Below are positions 10,701 to 15,279 of a stretch of 15,279 nt of DNA, piece by piece; positions within the stretch are counted from its first letter, which is position 1, and each line of letters begins with the position of its first letter. The notes under the pieces were generated by a model. The model saw only the letters and a list, made by a program, of their open reading frames with translations, searched no databases and had not been told where the DNA came from. The DNA is from Nitrospinota bacterium. GTDB lineage: Bacteria > UBA8248. The DNA is taken from NCBI GenBank assembly GCA_046581755.1, contig JAYGFR010000133.1:1-15279 (forward strand), written 5' to 3'. The translations under genes were made by a program, and so were the position numbers.

Positions 10701-11817
10701 GGGGGATTTTGGCGATCTTCTTCTCCCGGATGATGGCGATGCCCTCGGCCGTGACCTCCGAATTGGTGTCGAAGAGCACCTCGCCCGTTTCCGGGTCGGC
10801 GACCGGCTGGGCGATGATGCCGCCCACCACTTCTTCGTCCCTGAGATCGAGGGTCTCGACTCCGGCGGCCTGCATTTTCCGCAGGGCGGCGCGGGTAAAC
10901 TTCCGTCCGGCGGTCAGGACCACCTCGCCCGTCTTGGGAAGAACGATGTCCTCGTCGATCCGCTGGTTCACCATCAACTCGGAGATGTTCTTGTAGAAGA
11001 TATTCCGCTTCGAGTCGTAGAAAATATCTTCGCTCTGGTAAAAGGAGTTGAGGATATCGTCCGTGGATAAGCCAAAGGCCCGGAGCAGAACCGAAACAGG
11101 GAGCTTGCGCCGCCGGTCGATGCGGACATAGAGGATGTCCTTGCTGTCGAACTCGAAATCGAGCCAGCTCCCGCGCGCCGGAATCATGCGCGCCGTGAAG
11201 GCCGATTTCGCGCTGATTTTGCTTTTGTCCGAACTGAAGAAGGCGCCGGGCGAGCGGTGCATCTGGCTGACCACCACCCGTTCGGTCCCGTTGATGATGA
11301 ACGTGCCGTTATCGGTCATCAGGGGAACTTCGCCGAAATAGACTTTTTGCTCTTTGACTTCGCTGACCCGCTTCTCTTTGGTCTGCTCGTCTTTTTCGTA
11401 CAGGGTCAAGCGCAACATCACCCGCAGGGGGGCGACGTAGGTCATCCCCCTCTGGCGGCACTCATCCGCCTCGTGCTTTTGGCGGCAAAATACCTCGTTT
11501 CCACCGTCGTCAACGATGCCCGGACCGCCCAGGCCCTCGTATTCGACGCCGCTCGCCTCCCATATCCCGATCTCATAGCCGAGATACTCGAAGACGGCGG
11601 TTTCGCTCGAATCCGTTATGGGGAAAATGCTCCTGAAGACACTTTCCAGGCCCTCGTCGGGCCGCCTGTCTTCAGGCTTGAGTTCCCAGAGCAGGAAACG
11701 CTCGTAGGAAACAAGTTGAATCTCGATGAGATTCGGAATATCGATGACCGCAGGGATCTTTGCAAAATTCACGCGAACCCGGCGGCCGTTTCTGGTGCTT
11801 GTAAGTTTTGTATTCAT
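7765..11817 (-). CDS. rpoB: DNA-directed RNA polymerase beta subunit
   Basis: 1350 aa; rifampicin region [68 protein letters not shown] at 11821-11827. Confidence 0.99.
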   Translation of the reverse strand: MNTKLTSTRNGRRVRVNFAKIPAVIDIPNLIEIQLVSYERFLLWELKPEDRRPDEGLESVFRSIFPITDSSETAVFEYLGYEIGIWEASGVEYEGLGGPGIVDDGGNEVFCRQKHEADECRQRGMTYVAPLRVMLRLTLYEKDEQTKEKRVSEVKEQKVYFGEVPLMTDNGTFIINGTERVVVSQMHRSPGAFFSSDKSKISAKSAFTARMIPARGSWLDFEFDSKDILYVRIDRRRKLPVSVLLRAFGLSTDDILNSFYQSEDIFYDSKRNIFYKNISELMVNQRIDEDIVLPKTGEVVLTAGRKFTRAALRKMQAAGVETLDLRDEEVVGGIIAQPVADPETGEVLFDTNSEVTAEGIAIIREKKIAKIPLLYVSGVGTDRTIRDTLTTDKCESSEDALVEIYKRLRPGDPPTKDTARNLFENLFFNPKRYDLSRIGRLKLNTKLGLNLPLDQQTLTLDDVIAVVRYIIELRHGQGSVDDIDHLGNRRVRSVGELLESQFRVGLVRMERAIRERLSIQDRETLSIRDLINSKMITAAIREFFGSSQLSQFMDQTNPLSEITHKRRLSALGPGGLTRDRAGFEVRDVHPTHYGRICPIETPEGPNIGLIASLSTYARVNEFGFIETPCRKLVNGRVTDEVEWLSAIDEDKYKIAQANAPVDEKGNLLNEMVSARTSGEFVLVPRDQVDYMDVSPKQLVSVATSLIPFLENDDANRALMGSNMQRQAVPLLRTEAPRVGTGMEAIAARDSGAVVLAQADGEVVKADASRVVIRATDPSRDLRDPGVYIHNMVKYRRSNQNTCINQKPIVSVGQKVSKGEVIADGFSTDMGELALGRNLLVAFMPWNGFNFEDAIVISERVVKEDIYTSIHIEEFEIQARDTKQGPEEITRDIPNQSEGTLSNLDESGIIRVGARVLPGDILVGRITPKGETQLSPEEKLLRAIFGEKAGDVRDSSLRVPPGIEGTIVEVRVFSRRGVPKDARTISIEEEEIARLEKDYGDEIRIIREEGDQRLRSMLVGKSATGKLAHPETGETLTSRGTHFEAPAVAVLSGNHLLKAPVAKQVAEQMKEVALRTEDQIKLLESILEEKISKLQRGDEHPPGVLKMVKIYVAMMRKLQVGDKMAGRHGNKGVVSIIVPEEDMPYLDDGTPIDIVLNPLGVPSRMNVGQILETNLGWAGEKLGMHFATPVFDGADEKDIVRLTEEAKLPQYGKTKLYDGRSGRPFDQSVTVGIIYMLKLHHLVDDKIHARSTGPYSLVTQQPLGGKAQFGGQRLGEMEVWALEAYGAAKTLQEILTVKSDDVAGRTRMYESIVKGENLLEANLPESFNVLLKELQSLALDVELIETGEAPR

Positions 11818-11901
11818 CGCTCACCTCGAAGGCGGGTTCCTCGAATGCCCGGGGCTTTTGGTCCCGGGACGACAGGGAGTACCGGCACTACTTGGCAAGC
11901 G

Positions 11902-12282
11902 TTATGAAATCTCTACCTCCGCTCCGACCTCCTTGAGCTTGTTGGCGGCTGCGTCAGCATCCTCTTTTGAAACATTCTCGACCACTGCCTTAGGTGCGGT
12001 GTCGGCCACCTCTTTTGCCTCCTTCAGCCCCAGAGTCGTCAACTCGCGAATGGCCTTGATGACTTTAATTTTTTCCTGGCCCACAGATTTCAGCGTAACC
12101 GTAAACTCCGTTTGCTCCTCGGCTGCTGCATCCTCGCCGCCACCAGCCTGCATGGCTCCCATCATCACCGGAGCCGCTGCGGAGACGCCAAACTTCTCCT
12201 CCAGCTCTTTGACGAATTCGCTCAGTTCGAGAACCGTCATTTCTTCGATAAAGGAGATCACCTCTTCTTTGGTCGCCACCAT
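11902..12282 (-). CDS. rplL: 50S ribosomal protein L7/L12
   Basis: Start reassigned from ORF-track 12411 to ATG 12282 ([38 protein letters not shown]..., 126 aa); AGGAAGGG upstream; LGLKEAK motif. GTG at 12279 is an alternative start. Confidence 0.97.
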   Translation of the reverse strand: MVATKEEVISFIEEMTVLELSEFVKELEEKFGVSAAAPVMMGAMQAGGGEDAAAEEQTEFTVTLKSVGQEKIKVIKAIRELTTLGLKEAKEVADTAPKAVVENVSKEDADAAANKLKEVGAEVEIS

Positions 12283-12385
12283 TGAACCCTTCCTATATGC
12301 AACAGGTATCCAGAACGCCCCGAGGGGGGCACCAAAACATATGCGGAAACACACAACCCCCTTTATAAGGGGCAACCTTTCATTT

Positions 12386-12952
12386 TTACCCGTTTTCCTT
12401 CTGTTTTGCAATCGCCTGGATGGCGTAAAGCAACTTGGTCAGTACAGCGTTGAGAACGCGGGGCAATGAGGCCACCTGGGCGTCCATCACGCCGACCAAT
12501 TGGCCCAGAATCGCCTCGCGGGGAGGTAGCTCTGCGAGAACCTTGATTTTGTCCTCATCCAGGAACTCTCCTTCCACCACCCCGCCACTGATCTTCCCGG
12601 CCCGGACCTCTTTCACGAAGTCATTGAGCACCTTGGCGGGTACGGCGGGGTCGCCCCGGGAGATCGCCATCGAAACCGGACCGTCGAGATGCCCCTGCAT
12701 GACCTCGAACGAAGTCCCCTCGATCGCGCGATGGAGGAGGGTGTTCTTCACGACCGACAGGTCCACCCCCGCTTCCCGGGTTTTCCGCCGAAGGTCGGTC
12801 ATCTGCATGACGGTCAGGCCCCGGAAGTCGAACAGGATGGCCGAACTGGCATCGGCCATCTTCTCCCGGATTTGCTCGACCTGGGCCACTTTTTGCGGGT
12901 TCGGACCGCTGCCCGCCGCTTTTCTGCCTTTTTCAGCCACCTCGGTGGACAT
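12386..12952 (-). CDS. rplJ: 50S ribosomal protein L10
   Basis: 188 aa; [20 protein letters not shown]-terminal [11 protein letters not shown] helix; SD GGAG just after the rplA stop; roughly 15-aa N-terminal extension. Confidence 0.97.
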   Translation of the reverse strand: MSTEVAEKGRKAAGSGPNPQKVAQVEQIREKMADASSAILFDFRGLTVMQMTDLRRKTREAGVDLSVVKNTLLHRAIEGTSFEVMQGHLDGPVSMAISRGDPAVPAKVLNDFVKEVRAGKISGGVVEGEFLDEDKIKVLAELPPREAILGQLVGVMDAQVASLPRVLNAVLTKLLYAIQAIAKQKENG

Positions 12953-12965
12953 TAATTCGGCTCCC

Positions 12966-13670
12966 CTACTTCAAGGCGGCGATGAGGCCCTGGTGATCCA
13001 CTTTCACGCCGGGGCCCATCGTGCTGGAGATTGTCAATCCACGAAAATATATGCCCTTGCTCGAAGCGGGCTTGGAGCGAATCAGCGCATCGACCAGCGC
13101 CGAGATGTTTTCCACCAAAGCCTGCGTCTCGAAGCTGGCCTTTCCGACCGATGCGTGGATGATGCCCGCCTTATCGACGCGGAATTCCACCTTGCCCGCC
13201 TTGATTTCCCTGACCATTCGCTCGACATCGAATGAGACGGTCCCGGACTTGGGGTTGGGCATCAGGCCGCGCGGCCCCAGGATTCGTCCGATTTTTCCGA
13301 CCACCCCCATGACATCCGGGGTCGCCACCGCACGGTCAAATCCCATCCATCCGCCCTGGATTTTCTCGGCCAGATCCTCGGCCCCGACAAAATCCGCGCC
13401 GACATCGGCCGCCTCGCGCGCTTTATCTCCCTTGGCGAATACGGCAACCGTCTGGCTTTTGCCGATTCCGTTCGGCAAAACGACGTTCCCTCGGACCATC
13501 TGGTCCGCATGGCGGGGGTCCACCCCCAGCTTGGCAGAAATCTCTACGGTTTCGTCGAATTTGACCTTGGCGCTTTCCTTCAACAGCGAGACCGCCTCCT
13601 CCAGGGGGTATTGGGACTCGCGGCTCACTTTTTCCTGAGCATCGTTGAAGCGCTTACCGTGTTTCGCCAT
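12966..13670 (-). CDS. rplA: 50S ribosomal protein L1
   Basis: 234 aa; [47 protein letters not shown] at 13677-13681. Confidence 0.99.
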   Translation of the reverse strand: MAKHGKRFNDAQEKVSRESQYPLEEAVSLLKESAKVKFDETVEISAKLGVDPRHADQMVRGNVVLPNGIGKSQTVAVFAKGDKAREAADVGADFVGAEDLAEKIQGGWMGFDRAVATPDVMGVVGKIGRILGPRGLMPNPKSGTVSFDVERMVREIKAGKVEFRVDKAGIIHASVGKASFETQALVENISALVDALIRSKPASSKGIYFRGLTISSTMGPGVKVDHQGLIAALK

Positions 13671-13686
13671 CTCTTTCTCCTGTTTC

Positions 13687-13732
13687 GTGGTTCCGGCGGC
13701 GCTTCCAGAATTTCCGGGGGGGCGCCTCCCAC
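13687..13732 (-). promoter_or_regulatory. L1 autoregulatory mRNA binding site (23S rRNA mimic) before rplA
   Basis: Minus strand GTGG-GA-GGCGC...GCGCC-GCCGGAA-CCAC: helices GTGG/CCAC and GGCGC/GCGCC around an asymmetric GA / GCCGGAA loop, immediately 5' of the rplA SD. Fits the GUGGGAGG...CCGC...AACCAC pattern I know from rplK-rplA spacers. Confidence 0.8.
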
Positions 13733-13742
13733 CGCGGCTGGA

Positions 13743-14177
13743 TCAGCCCTCTACCGTGATTCCCATGCTCCGGGCGGTTCCCTCGATAATTCGCATCGCA
13801 TTTTCAATATTGCCGGCGTTGAGATCTTTCTCTTTGGTCTCGGCGATCTCTTTCACCTGGGCCCGGGTTACCGTGCCTACGCCCTCCCTGCCGGGGAGGC
13901 CGCTTCCCTTCGCCAGGCCGACCGCCTGCTTGAGCAGCGACGAGGCCGGCGGGCTCTTCATGATGAATGAAAAGCTGCGGTCGGAGTACACCGAAAGCAC
14001 CACGGGAATGATCGTCCCCTCCCGGCCCTGGGTCTGCGCGTTGAAGGATTTGCAGAATTCCATGATGTTCACCCCCTGCTGGCCCAGCGCAGGACCGACG
14101 GGGGGCGCGGGATTGGCCTGGCCTGCGGGAATCTGCAGTTTCACCGTTGCCATGACTTCTCTGGTTCTTCTCGCCAT
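13743..14177 (-). CDS. rplK: 50S ribosomal protein L11
   Basis: 144 aa; [29 protein letters not shown]. Confidence 0.99.
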   Translation of the reverse strand: MARRTREVMATVKLQIPAGQANPAPPVGPALGQQGVNIMEFCKSFNAQTQGREGTIIPVVLSVYSDRSFSFIMKSPPASSLLKQAVGLAKGSGLPGREGVGTVTRAQVKEIAETKEKDLNAGNIENAMRIIEGTARSMGITVEG

Positions 14178-14191
14178 TCTTTTTTCGCCCT

Positions 14192-14231
14192 AAAAAGTTC
14201 GCCCGCCAGCGCGGGCCATCGCCACGATGGC
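14192..14231 (-). terminator. Tandem GC hairpins plus short U-tract after nusG (possible weak terminator or pause)
   Basis: Minus strand GCCATCG-TGG-CGATGGC (14231-14215) overlapping GCCCGC-GCTG-GCGGGC (14216-14201), then GAAC-TTTTT. Confidence 0.35.
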
Positions 14232-14758
14232 TAGACCTTCTCCACCTGAAGCATTTCGAGTTCGACTGGCGTGGGCCGCCCCAAGATGCCCAACATCACC
14301 TTCACCTTGCCCCGGTCGGGATGCACTTCGTTGATCACGCCCGTGAAATTCACGAAGGGGCCATCCACCACCCGGATATTCTCTCCCTTTTCGAAATCCA
14401 CCTTGCGGGCGGGTTTTTCGGCCTCACCCTTCATCTGCTTGACAACGTTCTGGACTTCCTCATCGCTCAAGGCCGATGGGTTCGTCCCGCCGAGAAAACC
14501 CGTCACCTTCGGGGTATTTTTGACCAGGTACCAGGACTCCTCGTTGCAATCCATTTCGATGAGAATATAGCCGGGGAAAAATTTTCGGTTGCTCGTCCTC
14601 CGCTTGCCGCCCTTGACCTCGACGACCTGCTCGGTCGGAACGACGATCTCGCCGAGCTGCTCCTCCACGCCGGCGGTGCGAAACTGATCCATGATGTTGA
14701 GCCGCACCTTGTTCTCGAAACCCGAATAGGTGTGCACCACATACCACTCTTTCGCCAC
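14231..14758 (-). CDS. nusG: Transcription termination/antitermination factor NusG
   Basis: WYVVHTYSGFE, FPGYILIEM, KOW motif GENIRVVDGPF. GTG at 14758 preferred (GGAG at 14767-14770, 8-nt spacer) over the ORF-track TTG at 14776. Confidence 0.97.
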   Translation of the reverse strand: MAKEWYVVHTYSGFENKVRLNIMDQFRTAGVEEQLGEIVVPTEQVVEVKGGKRRTSNRKFFPGYILIEMDCNEESWYLVKNTPKVTGFLGGTNPSALSDEEVQNVVKQMKGEAEKPARKVDFEKGENIRVVDGPFVNFTGVINEVHPDRGKVKVMLGILGRPTPVELEMLQVEKV

Positions 14759-14772
14759 GTCCGGATCTCCGC

Positions 14773-14988
14773 TCAATCTAGCAAGCTCAAGAAATAATCA
14801 ATACTGCGGGTCAGCGCCAGGTCTACGATACCCAGATAGATGGCAATGAAGGACACGAACACGAGCGCCACCACAGTCTGAGTCACCGTCTGCTTCCAGC
14901 CCGGCCAAGTAACACGCTTGGCCTCGGTCTGAACATCCGCCAGAAACGAGCGGGCTTGGCTCCACCAGTCCATCACATTTACGGCCAT
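14773..14988 (-). CDS. secE: Preprotein translocase subunit SecE (short, single-TM type)
   Basis: 71 aa from ATG 14988 (GGAG at 14994-14997); EAKRVTWP motif followed by one hydrophobic segment; between trnW and nusG. Confidence 0.95.
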   Translation of the reverse strand: MAVNVMDWWSQARSFLADVQTEAKRVTWPGWKQTVTQTVVALVFVSFIAIYLGIVDLALTRSIDYFLSLLD

Positions 14989-15017
14989 CGTCACTCCAGA
15001 TATCGGGCATCTCAATT

Positions 15018-15093
15018 TGGCAGGCCAGGAGGGGCTCGAACCCCCAACCGCCGGATTTGGAGTCCGGTGCTCTACCAATTGAGCCACTGGCCT
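15018..15093 (-). tRNA. trnW: tRNA-Trp (anticodon CCA)
   Basis: 76 nt AGGCCAG...CTGGCCT-G-CCA; D stem GCTC/GAGC, anticodon arm CCGGA-CTCCAAA-TCCGG, T arm GGGGG-TTCGAGC-CCCTC; encoded 3' CCA. Confidence 0.98.
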
Positions 15094-15165
15094 TTAAAGC
15101 CGGCGCTCCGCGCCGGACCCCGACAAGTTCCCCCCCCCATCGGGGGTCTCCCCTTTCCCGGGGGC

Positions 15166-15279
15166 CTACTCGATTACTTCGGTGACGACGCCGGCGCCCA
15201 CCGTGCGCCCGCCCTCGCGGATCGCGAAGCGAAGTTCGCGCTCCATCGCGATGGGCTGTATCAGCGTGACTTCCATCGC
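15166..15279 (-). CDS. tuf: Elongation factor Tu, 3' end (partial; copy preceding trnW-secE)
   Basis: Manual translation ...[37 protein letters not shown], the EF-Tu C-terminus; TAG at 15166-15168. Not in ORF track. Confidence 0.98.
   Translation of the reverse strand, partial: AMEVTLIQPIAMERELRFAIREGGRTVGAGVVTEVIE

Noticed and set aside
3522..11817. rpoB-rpoC fusion, split rpoC, intein or intron
   Set aside because: Separate genes with a stop, 46-nt spacer and own SD; lengths explained by known insertions; no splicing motifs noticed.
12283..12411. 43-aa N-terminal extension of L7/L12 in the ORF track
   Set aside because: Overlaps the rplJ end and has no L12 similarity; a purine-rich SD precedes ATG 12282.
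14989..15017. Integration site or att duplication at the tRNA 3' end
   Set aside because: No repeat of the tRNA end and no integrase; secE follows after 29 nt.
14989..15087. N-terminal extension of the 104-aa SecE ORF
   Set aside because: It reads through the tRNA-Trp gene; ATG 14988 has an SD and gives a normal short SecE.
15018..15093. Possible suppressor or recoding tRNA-Trp
   Set aside because: Anticodon CCA, normal 5-bp anticodon stem and C11-G24 pair; TGA serves as stop for secE and rplK.

Overview
A core housekeeping region of a bacterium with GC-rich coding sequence, entirely on the minus strand: the fused rif + str superoperon. Transcription order (high to low coordinates): 3' end of tuf - tRNA-Trp(CCA) - secE - nusG - rplK - rplA - rplJ - rplL - rpoB - rpoC - [consensus sigma70 promoter, ~200-nt structured leader] - rpsL - rpsG - fusA - 5' end of a second tuf. 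RpoB/RpoC insertions (beta-i4, long beta-i9, beta'-i6, short N-terminal beta insert) and the gene order suggest a lineage near Nitrospinota/Acidobacteriota/delta-type bacteria (inference). I see no mobile element, CRISPR array or new protein-coding system; long plus-strand ORFs are antisense shadows. The most interesting signals are small: (1) only 13 nt between rplA and rplJ, yet an L10-leader-like hairpin overlaps the rplA stop and rplJ start, downstream of a clear L1-binding site; (2) a 27-aa RpoB insert resembling a zinc ribbon that has lost its cysteines; (3) natural substitutions at near-invariant sites (S12 R86S, NusG F165-equivalent to L); (4) a terminator-like hairpin in the rpsL leader; (5) no rpmG between tuf and trnW.
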